DNA of 64,000 bases from assembly GCA_963662585.1 (NCBI GenBank), contig OY759729.1, forward strand, positions 2,240,001-2,304,000, written 5' to 3'. The stretch is from Candidatus Cloacimonadales bacterium (GTDB lineage Bacteria > Cloacimonadota > Cloacimonadia > Cloacimonadales > JAFGVF01). Of this stretch, positions 33,271 to 42,434 are shown piece after piece. The first letter of the stretch is position 1, and every line of letters starts with the position of its first letter. The notes under the pieces are model-generated. The model was not told where the DNA came from. It searched no databases and was given only the letters and a program-made list of their open reading frames with translations. The translations under genes were made by a program, and so were the position numbers.

Positions 33271-35775
33271 ATGGAAAATAACAACAATAACTATGAATAT
33301 AAAAGTAGTAATATCTTCGAAGATGAAATTAAAATATCTGATTATTTAGCTATTATATATAGGTTTAAATTCTTAGTATTTTTTATCTTTGCTATAGTTG
33401 CTATAGGCTCATATTATTATACTTCCAAACAACCTAAGATTTATTCTGCCGGGGGTAAAATTCTTTTAGAGAATAATAAAGGTGGAACTGATTTGTTAAT
33501 GCTTGGTTCTATGGGAAGTAGTAAAACTAGCTTAAATAATAACATTCAGATTATTCAAAGTACTCCAGTGATGATTAGTGCTGCGAAAAATCTTGTTCAA
33601 TCAAACAATTTTAGTCAATTCTCTTTACCTACTACTAATATTGCTAAATCTAGTCCTCTTTATGAAAGATATACTCGATCTATAGCTGGAGCAATGAGAG
33701 GAAGATTTAAAATAGAATCAATTAGGGAAACTGATGTTTTAACTCTTAGTTATGAATCAGAATCACCTGCAGAATGTGCTGAAGCAATTAATGCTTTAGA
33801 AATTGCTTTCCAAGAAGAGACTACTAAGTATGCTAGACTTGAGTTTACTCAAATTAGAGAATTCTTGGAAGAGAGAGTAAAAGAGACTAAGTCTTTCTTA
33901 GATAACTCAGAACAGCAACTTAGAGATTTTAAAAAAGAGAATCAAATATCAGAATTATCCCCTGCTTCTCAAAAATTAGTTGAACAAGCTGGAACATTCG
34001 AAGCTAATATGCATACCTCTATGATAGATTCACTGCTTAAAGCTACCGAAATTGATATTTTGAAACGCAAGATAATGAATCAAAATCTTATTCTTAATGA
34101 CTTATATATCAAAGATAGAGATTTAGCTAGAGCTTCTAAAGATACTACTCAAGCAGATGTTAACGATATCTCTGAGATTGTAAGTTCTCAAAATCTTTTT
34201 GAAGATGAGGTTGATACAGATTATTTTATCTCTGATGAGGATTTTCCCCAAGAAAGGGCTAAAGAGCAAGTTTCAATTGATAATGTCTTAAATAATACTT
34301 TGATTAATAATCTTATCTCCGAAATTGTTGCTAAAGAGAGATATCTTATTGTTCTCTCTTCTAAATCAAATTACCAACAAGATCATCCTGAACTTATAAA
34401 TCTTAATGAAGAATTATCTAATTTAAAGAGAGAGTTAAAAGCGAAAATTACAGAGACAGTACGCGTTAATACTCTTCAAGATCCATTCTCTTATAGATCA
34501 CAACTTATTGAGAGATTAGCTAATGTGGAAAGTGAATATGAAATCGTTTCCTCAAAATTAGTTGGTTTAAGAGAAACTGTATCTTATTATCAAAGAGAGA
34601 TGAGCAGACTTCCTGACCAAGAGTTAGAACTATCAAAATTAACTAGAGATAAATTATTTAATGAGAAGATTCATACTATTATTACAGAGAAGTATGAGGA
34701 TGCTAAAGTTGCAGAAATATCACAAATTGGAAATGTGAGAATCTTAGAAGTAGCTGGTGTTCCATCAAATCCGATTAAACCTAAGAAGATGATGAATTAC
34801 CTGATTGGGGTTATTCTTGGTTTAGGTCTTGGTGTTGGTTCAGCTTTCTTAGCTCACTCTTTAGATACAAAATTAAGAACAATTGAAGATATTGAGAATC
34901 AAGTGAAAAGTCCTGTCTATGGTACTATTCCTTTGATCGATATACCTGTAGGGGAGTTGGATGAATTAAACAATATGATTAATCATTCACCAGATGAACA
35001 GAAAGAGAAGCTGAGAAGATCCCTCACCCATATTACTGGTCAGTTGATTTCTCACTACTCACCAAAATCTCCTACTGCTGAGTCTTACAGATCTCTTAGA
35101 ACCAATCTTATCTCAAACAAACAACCTGGTCCTATGACTCTCTTAGTAACATCCTCAGCTCCTAAAGAAGGTAAATCTACTACTTCTTCTAACTTGGCAA
35201 TTACACTTGCTCAAATGAATAGTAAAGTAGTTATCGTGGATGTCGATATGAGAAGACCAACTATTCATACAAAATTTGGTCTCAAGAAAGATAATGGTTC
35301 TAGTGATTATTTAATTGATGATACTCTGTTAGTTGAAGATGTTGTTAAACATTCAGGAATACCAAATCTTGATGTGATTTCTTCAGGATTTATTCCGCCA
35401 AACCCTTCAGAGCTTCTTTCCTCTGAAAGAATGGATCAATTCATTAGAGAGTTGCAAAGTAAATATGATTATATAATCTTTGATACTCCTCCTATTATTG
35501 CTGTTACGGATGCTATCATTATGTCTAAGAAAGTTGATAAAGTACTTTTAGTTCTCAGGGTTGCATTCACAGAAAAAGCCGTATTAAATAGAGCAAATGA
35601 AATTCTAAGTAATGTTAATAAAAAAGTAGATGGTTATATTATAAATGGTATAAAAGTACAAAAGTACTATAATAGACATAAATATTACTATTACTACTAT
35701 TATTATTATTATGGTCAAAATGAAAATAAAAACAAAAAATCAAGAAATATATTCAGTTTCTTACGCAAAAATTAA
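33271..35775 (+). CDS. wzc: Polysaccharide co-polymerase / BY-kinase (Wzc/GumC family)
   Basis: Two TM segments around coiled coils; Walker A SAPKEGKST, VDVDMRRP, FDTPP, PPNPSELL; C-terminal Tyr cluster. Confidence 0.92.
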   Translation: MENNNNNYEYKSSNIFEDEIKISDYLAIIYRFKFLVFFIFAIVAIGSYYYTSKQPKIYSAGGKILLENNKGGTDLLMLGSMGSSKTSLNNNIQIIQSTPVMISAAKNLVQSNNFSQFSLPTTNIAKSSPLYERYTRSIAGAMRGRFKIESIRETDVLTLSYESESPAECAEAINALEIAFQEETTKYARLEFTQIREFLEERVKETKSFLDNSEQQLRDFKKENQISELSPASQKLVEQAGTFEANMHTSMIDSLLKATEIDILKRKIMNQNLILNDLYIKDRDLARASKDTTQADVNDISEIVSSQNLFEDEVDTDYFISDEDFPQERAKEQVSIDNVLNNTLINNLISEIVAKERYLIVLSSKSNYQQDHPELINLNEELSNLKRELKAKITETVRVNTLQDPFSYRSQLIERLANVESEYEIVSSKLVGLRETVSYYQREMSRLPDQELELSKLTRDKLFNEKIHTIITEKYEDAKVAEISQIGNVRILEVAGVPSNPIKPKKMMNYLIGVILGLGLGVGSAFLAHSLDTKLRTIEDIENQVKSPVYGTIPLIDIPVGELDELNNMINHSPDEQKEKLRRSLTHITGQLISHYSPKSPTAESYRSLRTNLISNKQPGPMTLLVTSSAPKEGKSTTSSNLAITLAQMNSKVVIVDVDMRRPTIHTKFGLKKDNGSSDYLIDDTLLVEDVVKHSGIPNLDVISSGFIPPNPSELLSSERMDQFIRELQSKYDYIIFDTPPIIAVTDAIIMSKKVDKVLLVLRVAFTEKAVLNRANEILSNVNKKVDGYIINGIKVQKYYNRHKYYYYYYYYYYGQNENKNKKSRNIFSFLRKN

Positions 35776-36562
35776 TTTAGTTTTAAATGTCGAATCTCTG
35801 CTGAATAGTGGTTATAATAAAATAAGAACACTATTCAGCGAGATAGATTTATATGATAATCTAAAATATTCTTTGACAAAAAGTAAGGAAATTGAAGTTT
35901 GGTCAAATATAGCAGAACTGTGTGGTGAGAAAAATCTTATTTACACAGTTGCTACTTATTTGAAAAATAAATATAGTGTTAATAGTGGTGTTAAAATTAA
36001 ATTAGAAAAACAGATACCTCTTGCTGCCGGTTTAGGTGGAGGAAGTAGTAATGCAGCTAATGCCATAAAGTCTCTTAATCTATTGTGGTCGTTAAATATG
36101 ACCAATGATGAGATGCATGATGTAGCTGCTAAATTTGGAAGTGATTTAAATTTTTTTTTAGAAGGTGGAACTGCTTGTGGTTTTAATAGAGGTGAGATAA
36201 TTGAAAGAGTTGAACCAGTACATATCGATAAAATTCTTTTAGTAAAACCAACTTTAGGAATTACTAGTAGAGAAGCCTATAATTTAATAAATATTAGAAA
36301 AACTAATAAAAATTTCGATAAATTCTTAGAAACAAGAGACTTAAAATTAATATTTAATGATTTACAAAGCGGAATTATTAATAAATATCCTCAAATTGGA
36401 GATATCCTTGGGCAACTTCGAGACAAGGGAGCAGAGATTGCTCAAATGTCAGGTTCAGGATCTACTTGTTATGGGATATATACATCAGCTGAACTTTTGA
36501 AACAATCTTATGATTATTTTACGACACAAGGATATTGGACGAAAATAACAAAAACAATATAA
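35711..36562 (+). CDS. ispE: 4-diphosphocytidyl-2-C-methyl-D-erythritol kinase
   Basis: AKINL.L, K.IPLAAGLGGGSSNAA, GSD..FF, MSGSGST; start uncertain (35711 or 35720), overlaps wzc. Confidence 0.95.
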   Translation: MVKMKIKTKNQEIYSVSYAKINLVLNVESLLNSGYNKIRTLFSEIDLYDNLKYSLTKSKEIEVWSNIAELCGEKNLIYTVATYLKNKYSVNSGVKIKLEKQIPLAAGLGGGSSNAANAIKSLNLLWSLNMTNDEMHDVAAKFGSDLNFFLEGGTACGFNRGEIIERVEPVHIDKILLVKPTLGITSREAYNLINIRKTNKNFDKFLETRDLKLIFNDLQSGIINKYPQIGDILGQLRDKGAEIAQMSGSGSTCYGIYTSAELLKQSYDYFTTQGYWTKITKTI

Positions 36563-36578
36563 ATGGGAAGTTAAAAAA

Positions 36579-37526
36579 ATGTTTTCAAGATTAAAGATAT
36601 TTTCAGGAAACGCAAACCGTCCATTAGCGAAAGAAGTAGCTGATTTTGCAGGGATACCACTGGGTGATGTAGAAGTCTTTAAATTTGCTAATGATGAAAC
36701 TTTTGTTAAAATTAATGACAATGTGAGAGGGGCTGATGTTTTTATTATTCAACCTACTTGCTATCCTGTTAATGATAACCTAATTGAATTATTGGTAATG
36801 ATTGATGCTTTTAAAAGGGCATCTGCACAGAGGATTACTTGCGTGATCCCCTATTATGGTTATGCTAGATCTGATAAAAAAGATCAACCTAGAGTGCCTG
36901 TCACTGCTAAATTAGTTGCTGACTTACTAACAGTTGCTGGTGCTCATAGAATCATAACTATTGATCTTCATGCGGATCAAATTCAAGGATTTTTTAATAT
37001 CCCTGTTGATCATCTTTTTTCTATGACTACTTTTGCTAGACATTTTAAAACAATCGCTAATACTGATGAATTAGTTATTGTTTCTCCTGATTCAGGAGGT
37101 GCTAATAGAGCGAGAACATTTGCTCAAAGGCTTAAATGTGATTTAGCAATTGGAGATAAGAGAAGAAGTGGAAATGATGATGCAGCAGAGTTATTGAATA
37201 TTATTGGTAATGTAGAAGGAAAAACAGCTATTCTTTTTGATGATATCATTGATACAGGTGGGAGCTTAACCAAAGTAGCTCATGCTTTAAAAAAGAATGG
37301 TGCAACTAGAATTTTTGCTGCCTGCTCTCATGGAATTCTCTCTGGGCCGGCTATTCAAAGATTAGAAGATTCTCCGATTGAGAAACTTTTTATTACTAAT
37401 ACAGTACCTTTAAATGAAAGAAAACAAGCATGTTCAAAAATAGAACAACTTTCTATTGCTGAAATGCTAGCAATTGCGATTAAAAAAATTCATATTGAAG
37501 AATCATTAAGTATTCTTTTTAGATAG
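36579..37526 (+). CDS. prs: Ribose-phosphate pyrophosphokinase
   Basis: IPYYGYAR.D, DLHADQIQGFF, VSPDSGG, DDIIDTGG. Confidence 0.98.
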   Translation: MFSRLKIFSGNANRPLAKEVADFAGIPLGDVEVFKFANDETFVKINDNVRGADVFIIQPTCYPVNDNLIELLVMIDAFKRASAQRITCVIPYYGYARSDKKDQPRVPVTAKLVADLLTVAGAHRIITIDLHADQIQGFFNIPVDHLFSMTTFARHFKTIANTDELVIVSPDSGGANRARTFAQRLKCDLAIGDKRRSGNDDAAELLNIIGNVEGKTAILFDDIIDTGGSLTKVAHALKKNGATRIFAACSHGILSGPAIQRLEDSPIEKLFITNTVPLNERKQACSKIEQLSIAEMLAIAIKKIHIEESLSILFR

Positions 37527-37550
37527 AACAGAAACGAATGTGGAGGAATA

Positions 37551-38153
37551 ATGGTTATTAAAATCGAAGCTGGAAAGAGAACACTAGGCAAAAAATCAGA
37601 CCGCAAAGACCTGAGAAAGGATTTCATAATCCCAGGTATTATGTATGGTCAAGGAGTTGAAGGAACACCTATTCAATTCAAAGCTCCTGAATTTATGAAA
37701 GCCTACAAGCAAAGTATTGGCGAATTAGCTATTTTTAATATTATTGTAGATGGCAAAGAACATCGTTGCATTCTTAAAGATAAGCAAATTCACCCAGTAA
37801 GAAGAGACATTTTACATGTTGATTTCTTATTACTCAATCCGGGCCATGAAGTTTCTTTATCTCTTCCTATCAAATTCGTTGGTGATGCTGCAGGAACTAA
37901 GATGGGTGGTATTCTTGATATCATCGTTAGAAATCTTAATATTGCATGTTTACCAAAAGACATCCCAGAAGATGTTGAAGTTGATATCTCAGGATTAGAA
38001 ATCGGAGATTCTTTACATATCAAGGATATTAAAATCCCTAATGTAAAAATCAAAGATTCTGAAGATGTTACTATTGTTGTTGTCCATGATAAGAACAAAG
38101 TAACTGTGACTGTGGAAGATGCTGAAGAAGGCGTTGTAGCAACTGCAGAATAA
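37551..38153 (+). CDS. rplY: 50S ribosomal protein L25/Ctc
   Basis: IPGIMYG, Q.HPV...ILHVDF, G.K.GG, C.P.DIP...EVDIS.L.IGDS; prs-rplY-pth synteny. Confidence 0.96.
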   Translation: MVIKIEAGKRTLGKKSDRKDLRKDFIIPGIMYGQGVEGTPIQFKAPEFMKAYKQSIGELAIFNIIVDGKEHRCILKDKQIHPVRRDILHVDFLLLNPGHEVSLSLPIKFVGDAAGTKMGGILDIIVRNLNIACLPKDIPEDVEVDISGLEIGDSLHIKDIKIPNVKIKDSEDVTIVVVHDKNKVTVTVEDAEEGVVATAE

Positions 38154-38155
38154 TA

Positions 38156-38731
38156 ATGAAACTTATTGTGGGATTAGGTAATATCGGGGATAAATATTCC
38201 CGTACCCGCCATAATATAGGCTTTATTGCAGTTGATTATTTTGCTAAGTGTAATAATCTTTCTTTTACTAAAACTAAGAATTATTACTATGCGAAATATT
38301 CTGATGCTATTTTGATTAAACCTACTACTTATATGAATTTAAGTGGTATTGCAGTCCAAAGTGTCATGACTAAATTCTCTAATATCGATGATATTTTAGT
38401 AATAGTTGATGATATGGATCTGCCCTTTGGGAAAATTAGAATCAGAGGAAAAGGTGGAACAGGTGGTCATAATGGACTGAAATCCATTACTTCTACCCTT
38501 AATAGTCAAGAATATGGAAGAATCAGAATTGGCATTGGTCGTCCTGATTCAAAAGAAGTTAAAGACTTTGTGCTTGATAAATTTGACAAGCAGGAGATGG
38601 AGAAAATTAACCAACTGAATGAGTACATGGTAGATCTTATTAATACCTACATTTCTCATGGAATTGAAGAGTTATTAAACTACAATAGTGCAAATTATGT
38701 TACCTATTCCGAGAAAATCGGGATCAACTGA
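38156..38731 (+). CDS. pth: Peptidyl-tRNA hydrolase
   Basis: LIVGLGN...Y..TRHNIGF, KPTTYMNLSG, GGHNGLKSI, RIRIGIGRP. Confidence 0.97.
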   Translation: MKLIVGLGNIGDKYSRTRHNIGFIAVDYFAKCNNLSFTKTKNYYYAKYSDAILIKPTTYMNLSGIAVQSVMTKFSNIDDILVIVDDMDLPFGKIRIRGKGGTGGHNGLKSITSTLNSQEYGRIRIGIGRPDSKEVKDFVLDKFDKQEMEKINQLNEYMVDLINTYISHGIEELLNYNSANYVTYSEKIGIN

Positions 38732-38747
38732 CCATAGGGAGGAATAA

Positions 38748-39035
38748 ATGGTTAGAAATTACGAGAGTATGATTATTCTTGATGCTAAACTCTCACCGGA
38801 TGTGATAAAAGAAGTTATTGAAAAATATACTAAAATTATCACAAGTAATGGTGGTGAAATTGTTAAGACTGATGATATGGGCAAAAGAGTTCTTGCCTAC
38901 GCTATCAATAAGGCAACCGAAGGATATTATTATATCTATTATTTCGCAATGGATGCCGACAGTGTTAAAGTCTTAGAAGAAAACTATCGAATTGATGAAA
39001 AAGTAATCCGTCATAACCTTCTAGTTTTAGAATAG
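38748..39035 (+). CDS. rpsF: 30S ribosomal protein S6
   Basis: RNYE.MII, G.R.LAYAINK...G.Y, VIRH. Confidence 0.96.
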   Translation: MVRNYESMIILDAKLSPDVIKEVIEKYTKIITSNGGEIVKTDDMGKRVLAYAINKATEGYYYIYYFAMDADSVKVLEENYRIDEKVIRHNLLVLE

Positions 39036-39043
39036 AGGTTATT

Positions 39044-39550
39044 ATGGATTTAAGATTCCCAAAATTAAATTCTCTAACTGTATCAGGTAGATTAACTAGA
39101 GACAGTGAACTGAAATACACTCCAAATGGGAGTGCAGTTCTTCGTTGCAGTATCGCAATAGATGATGGGTATTGGGATAAAAATGCTAATCAGTGGGTTG
39201 AACAAACTGTATTTATGGATGCAAAAGTTTGGGGACCACAAGCTGAAAGACTTAGTAATACTCTTAGAAAGGGTAGCCCGGTGATAATTGAAGGACGCTT
39301 AAAACAGCATTCTTATACAACTCCGGAAGGCCAAAATAGAAGAATTACTGATATTCATGTAGATAAAATTCAAAGTTTAGAAACATCAAATAAAACGGAC
39401 AGTAATGGTTACAACGATAATTATAATAATAATTATAGTGATAATAATCACTCTAATCAACAAAGTAACTATAATCAAAATAACAATGAAAAGCCTCAGT
39501 CAACAAATCGTCCTGAGCCTGATTTCATCAATGATGATGTACCGTTTTAA
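39044..39550 (+). CDS. ssb: Single-stranded DNA-binding protein
   Basis: GRLTRD.ELKYTP.G, KGS.V.IEGRL, acidic DDVPF tip. Confidence 0.97.
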   Translation: MDLRFPKLNSLTVSGRLTRDSELKYTPNGSAVLRCSIAIDDGYWDKNANQWVEQTVFMDAKVWGPQAERLSNTLRKGSPVIIEGRLKQHSYTTPEGQNRRITDIHVDKIQSLETSNKTDSNGYNDNYNNNYSDNNHSNQQSNYNQNNNEKPQSTNRPEPDFINDDVPF

Positions 39551-39564
39551 TTAAAGGAGAAAAC

Positions 39565-39798
39565 ATGCTTTACGACAAAAAAAGAAAATATGGAAAGAAG
39601 AAATACTGCAAATTCTGTAAGAATCCAGAACTTGAAATAAATTACAAAAACACTGATGTATTAAAACAGTTTATGTCAGAAGTTGGTAAAATTGAACCAG
39701 CGAGATTAACTGGTGCTTGTGCTAAACATCAAAGAAAGATTTCTAACGAAATAAAGAAAGCTCGTCACATGGCTTTATTGCCATACATCGCTGACTAA
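39565..39798 (+). CDS. rpsR: 30S ribosomal protein S18
   Basis: CKFC, YKN...L..F.SE.GKI...R.TG.CAKHQR, IK.AR.MALLPY. Confidence 0.97.
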   Translation: MLYDKKRKYGKKKYCKFCKNPELEINYKNTDVLKQFMSEVGKIEPARLTGACAKHQRKISNEIKKARHMALLPYIAD

Positions 39799-39802
39799 AA
39801 AA

Positions 39803-40639
39803 GTGTTACTTGCTGTAGTATCAAGTTTAGTCGCAATAATTTCCCCTTTCTGGGGATTGATCTTTTGGACAGTTAATATATGTGATTTACTAAGAAAGAA
39901 AGCCAAAGATGTAAATATCGGTTTTGCAATTTTTGGGGGAGTGGTTTTAGTATCCTCTTTCTTTATGGGTTTAGACCTATTGAGAATAGTAGATGTAATA
40001 GTTGGGGTAGGTGTTTCAACATATCTATTCACCTCGCTTTATCTTAAAAAAGGATTTAGAATCTCTTTCTCAGCTTTTGCTCTTTTTCAAGGCTCTTATG
40101 GCTTATTAAGAAAATATCTTTTTGTTGATAATCTTCAACATTCAAAAGATCTTATTCTAAGTCAGTTAGAAGCAAGTAAGGAGTTATTGCAAAATTATCC
40201 AAATTTGGAATCTGAATATCTCAGAATGATTGAGAGTTATTTTAATAACATTGAATTATTCTGGTTAGTTCCAATGATATTTGCCTTGGTAATCGGTACG
40301 ATTTTCAGCAGAAAAAATGTTCTGATGAAATTTCATACCATTGCCTATAAACTTCCTGATAATTTAGTCTTGTTAATGATGTTAGGAATGGCTCTTGCCA
40401 TTTTTAAACAGACCCGTTTTATCGGCATACCTGTTACTATAACATTTGTTACCATGCTAACTATCCAGGGTTTTCCAATAGTCTGGCTTTGGCTCTTAGG
40501 CTCTACATTTAATAATACTTTATTAAGAATATTAACTTATATTATAATATTACTTAACTTCCACATTTTCATAATGATAAGTTGTGTGGTGGGATTAATT
40601 GATATTTGGTTTAACTTAAAAAATGGAGTACAAAAATGA
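39803..40639 (+). CDS. Membrane protein, YybS/DUF2232-like
   Basis: Multiple hydrophobic segments, QG motif, C-terminal GLIDIWFN; lies between rpsR and rplI. Confidence 0.7.
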   Translation: MLLAVVSSLVAIISPFWGLIFWTVNICDLLRKKAKDVNIGFAIFGGVVLVSSFFMGLDLLRIVDVIVGVGVSTYLFTSLYLKKGFRISFSAFALFQGSYGLLRKYLFVDNLQHSKDLILSQLEASKELLQNYPNLESEYLRMIESYFNNIELFWLVPMIFALVIGTIFSRKNVLMKFHTIAYKLPDNLVLLMMLGMALAIFKQTRFIGIPVTITFVTMLTIQGFPIVWLWLLGSTFNNTLLRILTYIIILLNFHIFIMISCVVGLIDIWFNLKNGVQK

Positions 40640-41085
40640 AATTAATATTAATTAAAGATGTAAAAGATTTAGGCATGGCCGGTGATGTAATTACTGTAAA
40701 GAGCGGTTATGGAAGAAATTATCTTTTACCACAAAAATATGCAGTGATGGCAACAAAAGATGCTTTAAAGAAAATTGAAGCTATCAAAGCCGATGCTGAG
40801 AAAGTTAGAAATATTAAATTAGAAGAGAATAAAGCAAAATTAGCATCAATTGCTAAAATGGCTCTTACTTTTAATAGAAAAGCTGATGAAAATGGTAACC
40901 TTTATGGTTCAGTATCAGAATATGATATCGTTGAAGCTATTAAAGAAAATGGCGTTGAAATAAATAAAAACAATGTTAATATCGAAAAGCACATTAAAGA
41001 AATTGGTGATTCAGAAGTTGTTATTAGCTTTGGATCAGAATTAACTGCTACTGTAGTAGTATCAGTAATAAAAGAAGAGATATAG
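40636..41085 (+). CDS. rplI: 50S ribosomal protein L9
   Basis: MKLIL..DV..LG..GDV..VK.GYGRNYLLP, LYGSV. Confidence 0.98.
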   Translation: MKLILIKDVKDLGMAGDVITVKSGYGRNYLLPQKYAVMATKDALKKIEAIKADAEKVRNIKLEENKAKLASIAKMALTFNRKADENGNLYGSVSEYDIVEAIKENGVEINKNNVNIEKHIKEIGDSEVVISFGSELTATVVVSVIKEEI

Positions 41086-41094
41086 GAGTTTTCC

Positions 41095-41481
41095 ATGGTT
41101 AATAAGATGGTTCTCAAAGTGGTAGGATACTTATTAGTAATAATAAGCATCTTTATACCTTCTTATGTACGAGCAAATTTCAATTTCAGAAATTTGATGA
41201 GTAACGAACACACTTTCACCGGCCTATTGCTAATAACTTTAGTTACTATTTTTGTGGTTATCGCAGGATTAGTGGCATATTATTTAATTAATATCAAGAA
41301 GAGTTCTAGTTTTAAGGTGTTAGGTTATGTGATGATAATTGTTATTGCTTTTGTACCTGCAATGTTGATGATGCCTTATGATAATGGCTCAAATGCATTG
41401 GGAACCGCATATTTAACATTGGTTGCCGTATCTGTTTTGTCATGGGCTGGTTTTACTATAGCCTTGAGAAAAAGTGCTTAA
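41095..41481 (+). CDS. Hypothetical 4-TM membrane protein with internal duplication
   Basis: AGGAG RBS; LKVVGYLLVIISIFIP versus FKVLGYVMIIVIAFVP. Confidence 0.7.
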   Translation: MVNKMVLKVVGYLLVIISIFIPSYVRANFNFRNLMSNEHTFTGLLLITLVTIFVVIAGLVAYYLINIKKSSSFKVLGYVMIIVIAFVPAMLMMPYDNGSNALGTAYLTLVAVSVLSWAGFTIALRKSA

Positions 41482-41484
41482 TCA

Positions 41485-41790
41485 TTGAAAAATATAAAAA
41501 GTAGTATCTCCTCTGTTCTATTTAATATAGGTGGAGATAGATATCACGATTTAATAGTTATTGCTCTGTCATGGAAGACCATTGTTGGTTCTTATATGGC
41601 AGAGCATTCTTCTGTTTTGAAATATCAGAATAATACTCTCTATGTTGGAGTGGATAGTAGCGTTTGGCTACAAGAATTTGTTCTGATGAAGAGTATGTTA
41701 ATTAAACAACTGAACAAGGTTCTTGCAAATGAAGTTAACTCCCAAATTAATAACCTTGTATTTTTATTAAGTGAGAATAAACATGATTAA
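41485..41790 (+). CDS. DUF721/DciA-family protein
   Basis: W.TIVG...A.HS......N.TL.V.V.SSVW.QE...K..LI..LN pattern. Confidence 0.8.
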   Translation: MKNIKSSISSVLFNIGGDRYHDLIVIALSWKTIVGSYMAEHSSVLKYQNNTLYVGVDSSVWLQEFVLMKSMLIKQLNKVLANEVNSQINNLVFLLSENKHD

Positions 41791-42424
41791 AGTATCACCT
41801 TCAATACTATCTGCTGATTTTGCTAATTTAGGGCAAGATTTAACAGCTGTTATTAAAGCTGGTTCAGATTTCCTGCATATTGATGTTATGGATGGACACT
41901 TCGTTCCAAATTTAACTTTCGGCAATCCAATTATCGAGAGAATAAACACTATTAGCACTATTCCTTTAGATGTTCATCTAATGGTAACTAATCCTTCTGA
42001 TTATTACAAATTTTTAGCAAATCTTAGGGTTGCTATGATTTCTTTTCATCCTGCTACAGTGCACCATCTTCATAGGGAAGTTTATAAAATTAAAGAATTG
42101 GGTATTAAGGCTGGAGTGGCTCTAAATCCAGGAGATTCAATCACTATGATAGAAGAGGTTTTAGCGGATGTAGATTTTGTTTTAATTATGTCTGTGAATC
42201 CTGGCTATGGAGGTCAATCCTTCATCGAAAGTACTTATCAGAAAATTACTAAATTAGATAAAATTAGAAAAGAGAATAATCTTAACTTTAAAATAGAAAT
42301 AGATGGTGGGGTTAATGATAAAAATGCCCCTAAATTAATCCAAGCTGGAGTGGATATATTTGTCGCCGGTTCTTTCGTCTTCAAATCAAATGATTATGCT
42401 TTAGCAATTAATTCCTTAAAATAA
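41783..42424 (+). CDS. rpe: Ribulose-phosphate 3-epimerase
   Basis: PSILSADF, HIDVMDGHFVPNLTFG, DVHLMV, MSVNPG.GGQ, IDGG; ATG at 41783. Confidence 0.98.
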   Translation: MIKVSPSILSADFANLGQDLTAVIKAGSDFLHIDVMDGHFVPNLTFGNPIIERINTISTIPLDVHLMVTNPSDYYKFLANLRVAMISFHPATVHHLHREVYKIKELGIKAGVALNPGDSITMIEEVLADVDFVLIMSVNPGYGGQSFIESTYQKITKLDKIRKENNLNFKIEIDGGVNDKNAPKLIQAGVDIFVAGSFVFKSNDYALAINSLK

Positions 42425-42434
42425 CGGAGAGTTT

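Noticed and set aside
39400..39490. Asn-rich low-complexity tract in ssb
   Set aside because: Ordinary disordered SSB linker in an AT-rich genome.
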